From assembly GCF_009914755.1 (NCBI RefSeq), contig NC_060927.1: 64,000 nt of DNA; one strand, written 5' to 3'. This DNA is from the human T2T-CHM13v2.0 reference genome, Homo sapiens. Made by a program: the position numbers and the translations under genes. Below are positions 33,756 through 55,572 of this stretch, piece after piece (the first letter of the stretch is position 1; each line of letters starts with the position of its first letter). The notes beneath the pieces are model-generated. The model had not been told where the DNA came from. It saw nothing but the letters and a program-made list of their open reading frames with translations, and did no database searches.

Positions 33756-33957
33756 CTAGCTACTCTGGAGGCTGAGGGGGAGGATCACTTGACTTCAGGA
33801 GTTTGAGGCTTCAGTGAGCTATAATCATGCCACTGCACTCCAGCCTGGGTAACAAAGCGAGACCTTGCCTCTTAAAAAAAAAGTGAAGGCCAGGCACGGT
33901 GGCTCACACCTGTAATCTCAGCACTTTGGGAGGCCGAGGCGACGGGGTGGGGGGTCA

Positions 33958-34284
<327 letters not shown>

Positions 34285-34595
34285 CTACACTGAATCTTGT
34301 AGTAGAGTGAGAGACATGTTATACAGGATATTATTAGATCAACTGACAAAAAGTGGAGTATGGAAGATGGGTTAGATAAAAGTATTATATCAGAGTGAAT
34401 GTAGGAGTTGATAGTGTACTGTGGTTATATAAGAGAATATCCTGGCCTGGCGCGGTGGCTCACGCCTTTAATCCCAGCAATTTGGGAGGCCGAGATGGGG
34501 GGATCACCTGAGGTCCGGAGTTCGAGACCAGCCTGGCCAACATGGTGAAACCCCATCTCTACTAAAAATACAAAAATTAGCCAGGCATGGTGTCA

Positions 34596-34751
<156 letters not shown>

Positions 34752-34920
34752 TTACATCCTTATTCTCAGAAAATAGACACTGAAATATATTTCGGGCTAA
34801 AGGGTCATGATGTATGTGATACCCTCAAAATGGTTCAGAAATATTATATACATATATATGGGTGTGTTAATGCATATATATATTAAAAAATACACACACA
34901 TGCATACATATGTATAAATG

Positions 34921-35305
34921 TGTTATGGGCTGAATCGTGTCCCCCTCAAAAATCATATGTTGAAGTTCTAACCCCTAGTACCTTAGAATGTGACTGTATT
35001 TGGAGGTAGAATCTTTAAAGAGTTAGTTAGGTTAAAATGACATCATTAGGGTGGTCCTAATCCAACCCACTATGACTGGTCCCCTTTTATGAAGAGGTAA
35101 CAGACACACAAAGAGGACAGACCCTGTGAAGACAGAAGGAGAAGATAGGCATTTACAAGCCAAGGAAAGAGGCCTCAGAAAAAAACAACCCTTTTGACAC
35201 CTTGGTCTTAGACTTCTGGCCTCCAGAATTGTGAGAAAATAAGTTTTGCTGTTTAAGCCATTCAGTCTGTGGTACTTTGTTAGGGCAGCCCTGGCGGGCC
35301 AATAC
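34921..35305 (+). mobile_element. MaLR LTR (MLT1-type)
   Basis: tgttatgggctgaatcgtgtcccc start; gacttctggcctccagaattgtgag...tgtttaagcca...tggtactttgtt end. Confidence 0.8.
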
Positions 35306-35664
35306 TATACACACACACGGTGCATATACAATATATAGTCACACACACACACACACACGCACACCCAGAATGCAAGTAAAAGCAGATGAAGTAAAAGGTT
35401 TATAGATAATCTGGGTAAAGGACATGGAGGTATCCATTGTCCTATTTTTATTTTGCAACTTTTTGTAAGTTTGAAATTACATTCTTATTTAACATTAAAA
35501 AATACATTAATAATTAAAAATAAATATATGTATACCATAATTGCAAACATGAAAAAAACCTAAAAGTGAAACAAAAAGATAAAATGGTTGCCTGAGGGAG
35601 GAGGAATTCTTTTTTCCTCAAACATCCAACATCCTGTGATGTTATTTTATTGCTTTTTACATAG

Positions 35665-35898
<234 letters not shown>

Positions 35899-36229
35899 TG
35901 ATCCACCCCCCTTGGCCTCCCAAAGTGCTGGGATTACAGACGTGAGCCAGCGTGCCCGGCCTACATTGCTTTTTAAATAAATTAAAACTAGCTATCAGGC
36001 TGGGCGCAGTGGCTCATGCTTGTAATCCCAGCACTTTGGGAGGCTGAGGCGGGTGAATTGATTGAGCCCAGGTCTTTGAGACCAGCCTGGGCAACATGGC
36101 AAAACCCTATCTCTATAAAAAATACAAACCGAAAACTTAGCCCAGGGTGGTGGCTCACACTTAGTTCCAGCTACCTGAGAGGCTGAGGTGGGAGGACCCC
36201 TTGGGCCCAGGAGGTTAAGGTTGCAGTGA

Positions 36230-36562
<333 letters not shown>

Positions 36563-36768
36563 TGACCTCGTGATACGCCGGCCTCAGCCTCCCAAAGTGC
36601 TGAGATTACAGGCATGAGCCACCACGCCTGGCCATTTATTTCTTTAGAATAGGCTTCAGTGTAGATATCACTATCCTCACTTAAATAAGAAAACTGATGC
36701 TCAGAAAGTTTAAATAAAGTAAGTACCCTAAAGTTACATCTAATACAGGTTATACCATATTTTTATGA

Positions 36769-36903
<135 letters not shown>

Positions 36904-36935
36904 TGAGCTACTCAAGTGCCACCATGCCCGTCTAA

Positions 36936-37082
<147 letters not shown>

Positions 37083-37459
37083 TGAATAGAAAATAAATAA
37101 AAAGCTGATTAGTCTTAGGAAAGAAGTGACAGAATTAGGCCTTGGCATGTTGTAAAGTGACTCTCACTTGGTACCTCTGTCCCCTAAGTGCCCAGTGCTT
37201 TCTTCCTTTCCTTTGGAAGTACATAATTTCTTTAACAATCACCCCTCCACCCCTTTTCTGATATTTATTTTATTTCTAATCTCATAGCTACATATTTGTA
37301 TGCATCCTTATTGGTTCCTTAGTATAAATTGCTAGAAGAAAAACATTTAGTCAAAGACTGTTTTTAGGCTGTTGATACATGTTTCAAGGTTGCCCTCCTG
37401 GAACATTGTAACAATACACACTCCCATTGGACAGCATGAGAGGGCATCAATTTTCTTAG

Positions 37460-37805
<346 letters not shown>

Positions 37806-38527
37806 TAAAGACTTCCTGTCTTGTCAGACGGACGGTAGGATTTTATGACAGTTTCTTTCAACACCCTCAAAGTCTTTTGAGCAATACCATTCTCAAAAAG
37901 CATTTCCCATTCAGCACAGACCTTATACCTTTGCTCAGTATTCCAGATCTTGGCAATTTGACTCTGTTTATGAAATTGCTTGATGTACTCATTAAATTGT
38001 AATAAAAGGTAATTAATGCCAACAATACGAAATTATTCAGAAAGTAGCCTTCAGTTCCTTTTTTTTTTTTGAGACAAAGTCTCGCTCTGTCGCCCAGACT
38101 GGAGTGCAATGGCATGATGTTGGTTCACTGCAACCTCCGCCTCCCAGGTTCAAGTGTTTCCCCTACTTCAGCCTCCTGAGTAGCTGGGATTATAGGTGTG
38201 CACCACCACGCCCAACTCATTTTTGTATTTTAGTAGAGATGGGGTTTCACCATGTTGGCCAGGCTGGTCTCGAATTCCTGGCCTCAAGTGATCTGCCCGC
38301 TTCGGCCTCCCAAAGTGCTGGGATTACAGGCATGAGCCACTGAGCCCAGCCCCTTTTAGGTATTTTGAAGTTGTCTTTGATTTCTTTAAACACGATAATC
38401 ATAGCATCATGGATTCCCTACAGCAAGCAAGAATGTCAAGGCGGGAGGATCACTTGAGCCCAGGAGTTTGAGACCAGCCTGGGCAACATTTCGAGACCGC
38501 ACCTCAAAAAAAAAAAAAAAAAAATTA

Positions 38528-38794
<267 letters not shown>

Positions 38795-39021
38795 TTATAG
38801 GCATGCACCACCATGCCCAGCTAATTTTTGTATTTTAGTAGAGATGGGGTTTCACCATGTTGGCCAGGCTGGTCTTGAACTCCTGACCTCAAGTGATCTG
38901 ACCACCTTGGCCTCCCAAAGTGCTAGGATTACAAGCATGAGCCACCGTGCCCAGCCCCCCAAAACCTTTTTTTTAAAGCACTCTGCAGTTGGAGACACAG
39001 CCTTTGTCCAACACCTTTTAG

Positions 39022-39446
<425 letters not shown>

Positions 39447-39922
39447 CTAAGACATATCTTGGTTAAATGATTGCATTTTAGAGCTTAAAAATGGGGATGA
39501 GGGGGAAAATTTCTAAGCAGAAAAATCACATCGTTTATAAGGTAGAAAAATCAATCTGGCTTCAAGTATTGCATGCTGCCATTTCTTTTTAGCCATCCAA
39601 CCATCCATCTACCTTTCTATCCATAGATACACATAGAGAGACACTGTATCCGGGATCAAGTTCATGTAGTATTCACTTTTATTTTTTATTTTTATTTTTT
39701 AGAGATGGGGTCTTGATATGTTGCTCAGGCTGGAGTGTAGTATGCCATGGTCCAGTAGCGTGACCATAGCACACTACAGTCAAGAACTACTGGACTCAAG
39801 AGATTCTCCCACCTCAGCCTCCCAAGCAGCCGGGACTACAGAGGCACACAACCATACCTGGCTGTTCATGGATTATTAACAGTGGTAATTCTGAATACAA
39901 AAATCTTGGATGATTGGTATGA

Positions 39923-40198
<276 letters not shown>

Positions 40199-40805
40199 TG
40201 ATCCATCTGCCTCGACCCCCCGAAGTGCTGGGATTACAGGCGTTGCCACCGCGCCCAGCCTTATTGTTTCTGTTTTTAAAACTACTGTGGTGGAACATTT
40301 TGAGAGTCATTTAGTTATATTTGAGTGAACTAATGTTCAGTTTACAAAAACTTTTTTGTTCATATTCTTCAAAAATAGAAAAAGAACAGGGACAGTCTAA
40401 ATATAGTTTAAAAGATACTGCTTTTTGTCAGGGAAATAACAGAAAAAGGAATGAAGTTTAGCAGAAAACCTGAATGCCATTTTAGTCTGGATTAGTCAGC
40501 TTCTGCTGTGGTAACAAACACTCCCAACATCTCAGTGGCTTCAATAATGAACAATTGTTTCTTGGTCTTAAGGGCTGAGAATTAGCTTTCGATCTCCTGG
40601 GCTCTGCTGGTATCATGTGTCTTCTGTTTCCAAGAATCCAGATTGGAAGAGTAACCTTTGATGATACTGATGTGGATAAAATACTTGGCCCATAGGTAAG
40701 CCTGAGAAGGGACAGGCAGAAATAAGTAAGTTTGAATAAACACTGTAATATACCACATGGGCCTTGATTCCATACTGTCTTATCTTATTTATTCATTTAT
40801 GTCAC

Positions 40806-41568
<763 letters not shown>

Positions 41569-42110
41569 GTCATGTATTAAACTTTGCCCTATACACTTCT
41601 TGAGGGCAGGCATTAGAGCTTTGGATTTCAGCTCTTTCATTTCCTATCTGCTAAATGATGACAAAGGGCTAGAAATTCCTTAGCATAACATAGGGGAAGG
41701 GTCTCAAGAGACAGAAATGCTGAATTTGCTCTATAAGAGATATTTTCAGTGGGCCTAGAATCTTTTTTTTTTTTTCTTCGTCATGATGGAGACTTGCTCT
41801 GTAGCCCAGGCTGGAGTTCAGTGGCACAACCTTGGCTCACTGCAACCTCTGCCTCCCGGGTTAAAGTGATTCTCGTGCCTCAGCCTCCCAAGTAGCTGGG
41901 AGTACAGGCGCCCACCACCATGCCTGGCTAATTTTTGTGTGTTTGTATTATTATTATTATTGAGATGGAGTCTCGCTCTGTCGCCCAGGCTGGAGTGCAG
42001 TGGCATGATCTTGGCTCGCTGCAACCTCCGCCTCACAGGTTCAAGTGATTCTTCTGCCTCAGCCTCCTGAGTAGCTGGGACTATAGGTGCGTGCCACCAT
42101 GCCTGGCTAA

Positions 42111-42260
<150 letters not shown>

Positions 42261-42539
42261 TAGTAGAGACGGGGTTTCACCATTTTGGCCAGGCGGGTCT
42301 TGAACTCCTGACCTCAAGTGATCTGCCTGCCTCAGTCTCCCAAAGTGCTGGGATTACAGGCATAAGCCACTGTGCCCAGCCTAGAATATTTCAAAGGCAA
42401 GTTACTAATGATTCCAACAAGTCCAGAATGCTGGTGACAGGATTTACTGATGTGGGCTTTCTGATCCCTGTGGGGATGGGGGGAGTCCTGGGTGGACATT
42501 GTGGGTGGTAGTGATTTACTACCAGGAGGAAAGCCAGGG

Positions 42540-44160
<1,621 letters not shown>

Positions 44161-44869
44161 GGTCTCATGGTTAATATTTTATTACTGTGTCCACACTGAG
44201 CTTCTCTACCTGAATGGAGGACAAGACTCCCTGTGTGTGCATGGAACTTGTGGTGGGCATGAGGAGCGATGGTGCTGTCAGAAGGGCCTGAAAGACAATC
44301 TGACTACCTCTGTATCTTATGAGTCAGGCTCCTGGAAGGACTGTGGGGAGTCTTTCACAGCATGAAACCAGAAAATGTGAACAGGCATCTCACATTTCCT
44401 CTTAAGCTGAATAAGAGCTTACCTCATCCTGATGTTAAGAGGTGCTCAAGGAGTTTGTTCATTCCTGTGAACCTACCTTGTGGCTAGGTGGCTCATTTAT
44501 AAACCTAATAGCAGAAACCTGCTTACTTTTAAATAAACAGTGAAAGAGGGAAGCAGATAAGAAAGATGGCAGATGAAAGTGAAAACTGATATGATCACTG
44601 GCAGTATATAAAGTTAACATTTCCCTCTTATTCACAAAAAGAAGTGGATACTCAGCTGGGTGTGATTGGCTCACACCTGTAATCCCAGCACTTTGGGAGG
44701 CCAAGGAGGGCAGATCACTTGAGCTCAGGAGTTCAAGACCAGCCTGGACAACATGGTGAAACCCAATCTGTACTGAAAATACAAAAATTAGCCAGGCATG
44801 GTGGTGAGTGCCTGAAGTCCCAGCTACTTGGGGGACTGAGGTGGGAGGATTGCTTGAGCCCAGAAGTCA

Positions 44870-45363
<494 letters not shown>

Positions 45364-47197
45364 CTAGCATACACCCTATTCCAATCTAGACTTTTATCTA
45401 TGCTATAAATATGACATATGTTTACGTATTTAAGCGGGATAATAGTGTATATATTTATTTATAGTCTTTTTTCAAAGTTTTTATTATGGTTATCATCTTT
45501 CCATATCAATACTTTTTTTTTTTGACAGAATCTTGCTCTGCCATCCAGGCTGGAGTGCAGTGGTGTGATCTATACCTTCTGGGTTCAAGTGATTCTCTTG
45601 CCTCAGCCTCCTGAGTAGCTGGGAATACAGGCATGTGCCACCACGCCCGGCCAATTTTTAAAAATATTTTTAGTAGAAACGGGGTTTCACTGTGTTGGCC
45701 AGGCTGGTCTCGAACTCTTGACCTCAGGTGATCCACCCGCCTCAACCTCCCAAAGTGCTGGATTACAGGTGTGAGCCACCGTGTGGCCGTCAATAAATAT
45801 TCTTATGCCACATGATTTTCATGGGTACATAGAATTCTCTCAAACAGAAAATGGCATACATTTCTTAACCAGTGCCTTAGTGTTCTACACGTAGTAACCA
45901 GTGCTTCTTGCAGAGGCTACCTGCGATTATAGAAAATTTTATGAGTACGCCTCCACAGTGAGTCTTACCATATATGGCTTTGTAGGATCCCTGCATGTTA
46001 TTGGAAGACATCTGAGATCAAGAGTTATTCTATGTATTAAAATAATTAAGATTTTCTTCTCTGTAGATTTTCCCAATTCCCCTTTTTGACATTCGTCATA
46101 GTAACTAATATTTATATCACATTTTAATGTAACCTCTGTCAGTTCTTGGAATAACATTTGTGCAGCAATTAATTTTCCTAAAAGACACAATGCAGACTGC
46201 AAAACAATTTTATTACAATGTCACTGATGTGAGTCATTCATTTGGGAGATACTTATTGAGTGCCTGAAATAAAACCATCTAGGCTGGCAATATTCTACAC
46301 TGAGTTTCCATAATGTGCCCCGCCAGAAAACACTAAATCTTAAAAGGTTTGAGAAGATAGAAATAAAAGGGGAGAGCTTTCATAACGGCTAGGGAAGAGT
46401 AAGCTGAGCTCACAAGATGTGTAAGAGTGGGAGGTAAAGTCTGAAAGATAGATCATTGCTGGGTGGAAGAGGCCCTTGAATGCCTCAGTCTATCTTTTAG
46501 TCTATCGTAGCCTGGGCTCCACCCTGAATCGTGAGAGGAGGGTTTGGAGCAGTAGAGTGACATGGTGGCCTGACACACTGATGTGGCAAAAGTCAGTTCA
46601 TAGTCTTCATGTCTCTTAAAACCTCTGTAGTAAGACTTTGAATTTATGTTGGAAAATTGTTTACCCATCATTTCTTTCCTCTTGCTCATTGACTGGGATT
46701 CACATACAGAAACTAGCCTAGTAGTAAAACAGTTATGAATTCATATGTAGGCTGGGCACAGTGGCTTGTACCTATAATTCCAGCAGTTTGTGAGGCCAAG
46801 GTGAGAGGATCACATGAGCCCAGGAGTTCAGAACCAGCCTGGGCAACACAGCAAGACTCTGGTTCTAAAAAAAAAATATTAGCCTGGTACAGTGGTGTGT
46901 GCCTATCGTCCTAGTTGCTGAGGAGGCTGAGGTAGGAAGGATCACTGGAACCCAGAAGCCCAGGAGTTTGAGGCTGCAGTGAGGTTTGATTGTGCCACTG
47001 TGATATATAGCCTGGGCAACAGCGTGAGATCCTGTTTCTAAAAAAAAAAAAAAAAAAAAAAAAATTCACATGTAGAATCTGCAAAATTAAGTTTAAATAT
47101 TCCAGTAATTGAACCAGATGTTTTCCTAAAATGTCATGATTAACACAGTGGTCATACGTCAGTGAAGCTTCTTTTACTAACATTTTTGTCTGGATAA

Positions 47198-47478
<281 letters not shown>

Positions 47479-48115
47479 TAAGCCACCGCGCCCGGCTGAT
47501 AACTTTTTATATTACAAAACAAATGCGATATCATTGGAAACATTTTGAAAATAGAAACAAAATCTTATAACTTAATCCCAAACATAACTATTTAAATTTT
47601 CCAGTCTTGTCAAAATGGCTATTTATTTTTACCCAGTTGCGATAATGTTATATAAGTATAGCAAGCATGTTAAGCAGCATTCTATAAACATATTAAATCA
47701 TTCATTTTCATAATTATCATTTTAAGTTTGTATAAGCATCTTTGAGTAGATGTATCTAATTTAATAATTTCTCTATCTTTAGATGTTTTCTATTTTTCCC
47801 TGGTTTGATTAGAACTTTCCATCTGGTATGCCATTGGCATTCTGGTGCACAGAGATGGATTCAGGTGTGGTATCTCCTCAGTCCTCTGAGAGGCCGTGGA
47901 TGGGACCTGTGGTGATCAGAGTCCTCAGATTAGTAGGCTCTGGCTAAAAGACACATCCTTGACTGATTATTTCAGTGGGTTGTACAAATATCATTTTCAA
48001 CGTGTGCCATTATATGAAAAAAGTTGGAATGCGTTTTTATAGTGATGCAACTTCAATTTCTATTACTATTACTAGTCATTGAACTTGTAGTGTTTTTACA
48101 ATTGAGTTTTAATTA

Positions 48116-50123
<2,008 letters not shown>

Positions 50124-50175
50124 TGAGTTTTAATTAACTTTTAAAGCAATACTTGAGGCCGGGCGCGGTGGCTCA

Positions 50176-50845
<670 letters not shown>

Positions 50846-52489
50846 GGTAGTAAGTTCTCCCTTAACCTCAGGCTTTCAGTTCTTCTCCACAGAGCCTGAC
50901 TAGTTTCTTGTGTATTGCTCTAGAGACATCCTAAAGCCAAACAAGTGGGCATGCATACACATATGTATATTTTAAGGGGCTACATTAAAAATATTTACTA
51001 CAAGTACAACCAACTGGAATGAAGGCCCATGGTATATAGGATGTGCCAAAATGCCTACTGCATATTATCAGCCTTGCATGTATTCCTTGCTTTTATACAC
51101 TAGTTTGCTTAAATTGCTTTTATCATCTAGTAATAATTTGGAGATTGTTCCACATCAGCACACGTAGAGCAACTTCATTCTTTTCAATGGTACTGTATTT
51201 TAACCACTTTCTACAGAAGGATCTTTAGGTTTTCCCCAGACGTTTGTTACTCGAAACAGTGCTCTAACAAATATCTTTACACAGCCTTAATTTATCTGTT
51301 GCATAAATGTCTAGACAAGGAAATGCTGGGGAAAACAGTATGCACATATAAAGTTATGACTGGTATTATTACATTTCCTTCCAAAGAGGTTTATCGTTTT
51401 TATCCCCACCAACAATGTAATGAGGGTCTACTTCCCAAACCCATGCTAACTCAATATATCTTTACCAGCCCAAAGGATGAAAAACAGTGTCTCACTGATT
51501 TAATTTGTATTTAATCTAAGATTAAATTTTAAGTTTTGTAAAACCAAGTTTATCTCTGTAATTGGAGAAAACATCATCCATTAACGTGAAAGGTAATAAG
51601 CTGATGAGACTAAATTCAAAGCAAAAGCTCGCTGAGAGGATCTGCCCAATGAGGAAGATGACAGTAGTGTCTGATTTTTTGCTCAGTGCCACCTCCTCCT
51701 TTTCCAACAGATAGCATTTGGGAGTGCTGAGTTATAAGAAAGTGTGGTGCGCTCGAGGCTTGCTTGAGGGTATGGAAATCTTGAGATAGGTCTGGAGAAC
51801 CAGGGAGAGTTAAAAGAGAAAAAAAGTAAGAAAAAAAAAAGAACTTAAGGACTATCTGATCTGAGAGAGGCTTACAAAAATTAGCGTTTTGGTTCACTAT
51901 TTCTCGCTATTTCTGCATTTCATTAACTGGCAGGGATCACTGGATACTCTGTCATGAATACATATGTTGGGTGTAGTTAGAGAACCTCAATGTCATTGAA
52001 CCCGTCTTGTGGGTTTTTTGGAGAGAATGAGAGTATGCTGGGAGACATGCTCTGCTTGCAAATGATCAACCCCCGAGGCCAACCCCATTCATCATTTATT
52101 TTGAGGAACTGATGATCAAGACAGGAATATGTATGCCTGCCTACAAAATCCTCAAATCAGGCCACTGAATGTTCGACATGAGAACTTTGAATCACATAGA
52201 AGATACTCCAAAGGCAGAGAAAAATAGAAAGCCTTCCGACGCCCTGAAAAAATCTTGACCATCCCTGACTTCCCCCAATATGTAAGAAAACCTGTATTAT
52301 TATTACACACACACTCCCACACACACCCCGCCCTCCCCCACACACACACCCTCTATCCTCACTCGATCTTATTCTATTCGCTCTATTTTTGAGCCTTGGA
52401 TGTTAAAGTAAGGAACGAAGCTTAGTGGGGAAGCACTGAAGTGCATGGCGCAAATTTAGATTTAAGCCTCACGTTAGATTTCAGATTTG

Positions 52490-53620
52490 CACATCGAGTC
52501 CCGCCCCTATCCAATCCGGGGACGTCACCGCCCTAGTCTTCGGCTGTTTTAAAAGCAAGCGGTTTTTAAAACCCCCAATCCTGCTCTTTGTGTTGGCCTC
52601 CTCGGAGTTGCCCCTCTGCAAGCCAACAATTCGGGATAGAAAACACCTCCGTGGTGTTTTCCCGGGGCCCTCCCGCGCCGCGTTCGGCCGCCAGCCCGCT
52701 CGAGCTCCCGCGCCAACGCCTCAGGGGTTCGCCCTCCGCCCCCCGCCGCCGCGCCCGGCCCACGCGCAGGGCCCCTCTCCAGCGCCCCCTCCCCGGCACG
52801 CTGCGGCTGGCGCTCCCCAGCCCCGCCTGACGCTGCAGCTGGGCCGGAGACTCGCCATTGGATTAAAAATAGCGTCGCCAGTCCGCCCCAAGCCCGCGGT
52901 GCCCGCTCCCGCCCCGCAGCCCGCTCTCCCCGCCCGCCCCGGCTCGGCCGGCTGCCGTTGCCCGCGCAGCCCGCCCGTCAGCCCGCTCGCTGGCGCCGCC
53001 GCCGCCGGCAGACCCCGCGCTCCGGCTCCGGCTCGGCTCGCTCGGCTCCGGTGCGCGCCGAGGCCATGCAGCGCCGGGGCGCCCTGTTCGGCATGCCGGG
53101 CGGCAGCGGAGGCAGGAAGATGGCTGCAGGAGACATCGGCGAGCTGCTAGTGCCCCACATGCCCACGATCCGCGTGCCCAGGTCCGGCGACAGGGTCTAC
53201 AAGAACGAGTGCGCCTTCTCCTACGACTCTCCCGTAAGTGAGGCGCCTCGGGGGAGGGTCGCGGGGCCGGCGGCCTGCGGCACGTGAAGCCGGGGGAGAA
53301 GATGCGCAGTGGCGGCCGGGACCTCTTCTCTTCCTCCGGGCGGCAGAGTTGGCTCAGGAACACTGCAGTTCGGCAGACACTTAGTGAGCGCCCCAGGGCT
53401 GCTGCAGCCGAGGACTGGCTCGTGCTGGTGGTTTTGCTCCGCCAGCCTCCCCAGGCTGGAAGGGCCCGATTCCCAGCAGCTTGCACACAGCCCCGCCGCC
53501 GTTTAAAGATAGATGAAATACAAGAGTTCCCTGTTCCGAACTGCACGTTGCAGATCGTTTGCGTCCTCCGCGGGGCAGAGCGCAGGGCGGGTAGGTGGAC
53601 GGGATGATCCCCCCACACCC
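52490..53620. promoter_or_regulatory. USP13 CpG island / promoter
   Basis: Very GC/CpG-rich; GC boxes at 52501 and 52528, CCAAT 52511, GACGTCA 52521, CAGCTG 52836, TTAAAAATAG 52863, CACGTG 53281. Confidence 0.9.
53066..53233 (+). CDS. USP13: USP13 (ubiquitin-specific peptidase 13 / isopeptidase T-3) coding exon 1; intron 1 runs off the right edge
   Basis: [56 protein letters not shown] then GTAAGT donor; matches the USP5/USP13 N-terminal motif IRVPxxGDRVxKxECAFS; 168 nt, phase 0. Confidence 0.95.
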
Positions 53621-53863
53621 CGGGACACACACAGCCCTTCTTTTTCTGGGACCACTTGCTTTGCTCAGGGATCCCCACTTCTGGACAATTCTGATTTGCT
53701 CTCTGAGCTTTTCTTCCACCAGTTCCCATTTCACCCCACTCCTTTTCTTGTCTTTAGAATGTCAGGGCCAGGCGCGGTGGCTCACGTCTGAAATCCTAGC
53801 ACTTTTTAAGAGGCGGAGGCGGGCGGATCGTTTGAGGTCAGGAGTTCGAGACCAGCCTGGCTA

Positions 53864-54145
<282 letters not shown>

Positions 54146-55419
54146 TTAAGCCTTCCCCACCTTGCCCTTCTAAATGAGTCACTTGGACTGACATGCGCAA
54201 GTATAAATTATTAAAAGTTCAATCCCGAGTCGTGACCTCGGAGAATGAGGAGGAAGCTGAGAGGGATCGCCGCCTTCCACCCGGGGCGGTTGGTGGTGGT
54301 TTTCACCTGGTTCTATGTGAATGTGTGAGAAGCAGCAGGAGGGTGAATGTCCCTTTCAAAAGTCAAAATGGGCTTCAAAGTGACTCAGCTGTCTGGCGTT
54401 TATCATGTCTTTTTGAGGACCAGGTTATTTTTATCCACCCACTTTAAATCTCATATGTCACCCGGCAGATCTCAATGCATTGGGAGGCGCATGGATTGGA
54501 TGGACCGAGGCAGGTCTCGCAATGGTCTAATGTATTTTATTCATAGCATGTGGACTATTGTCAGAGGGGAAAAGAAAAGTCCAAATGAGCGGCAACATTT
54601 CCAAAGTTTCCTTTATTATCTGTGGGTTGATTTTGGCTGGCTTCAAAGCACTTTTGCTCGACACACACTGGAGTATCAGAGTTAGTATCCTCTCTGTGAC
54701 ATTTAGTTTTTTTATTTATGGTAACTCCATATCATTTGAGGGATGAAACCTAACTTAATTTTTGATTGTTTACTTTTTTTTTCTTTCGAAAAGATCCACA
54801 GAGTGGAGTGTGACAATCGGCAGTCCTTTTTTAGGATGTTATCCATAAATTATTTGAAAATGCCATTTTCAGATTGTATGGCCAGTGTTGGGCAGTTCCC
54901 ACTAATAGCTTCTAAAGGTGGAGAGGGATGATGGTCCTAACTTAAGCAATTGACAGATTGTTACCTCCAGGAAGAAGAAAGTGGCCTAAGTTTTTTAGGA
55001 TAGCACAACATGGAAAGTGGGTCAAATGACTTTCCCCATGTTTTGATTTGGGCTCTTCTTCAAGTTCTGCTTACAAACTTTGCTCTTGGAAGTTTTTGCT
55101 GCATAATGCAGTGGATAACAGGTGTGGGAAAAAAGGCTGATTGTTTTAATTCATTTCCACAAATAGTTATTGGGAGCTTACTGTGTGTGTTTCTAGAATG
55201 TTACTATTCTAGAAACATCTCGTCCAGTGTAGACTGATGATTGCAATCATATCACAGCAGTTCCTTAGGGGAGACTGGGATTATTTACAAGGCTGATGAA
55301 TCAGTATATTTCATTATCTATGTTTCAGGGGAGGAAGGGAAGGTTTGATAATATTTATCTTAAAGCACAGTGCGTGATAATGGGAAGGTTTTTTTTGTTT
55401 TGTTTTGTTTTTTTTTTGA

Positions 55420-55572
<153 letters not shown>

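Noticed and set aside
52546-52570. ttttaaaa...ttttaaaa short palindromes upstream of USP13
   Set aside because: Low-complexity A/T elements; insufficient evidence for a structure.
52863-53729. 288-aa minus-strand ORF and 186-aa plus ORF (52590-53150) over the USP13 promoter
   Set aside because: Low-complexity Arg/Ala/Pro/Gly frames expected from stop-poor GC-rich DNA; no recognisable domain.
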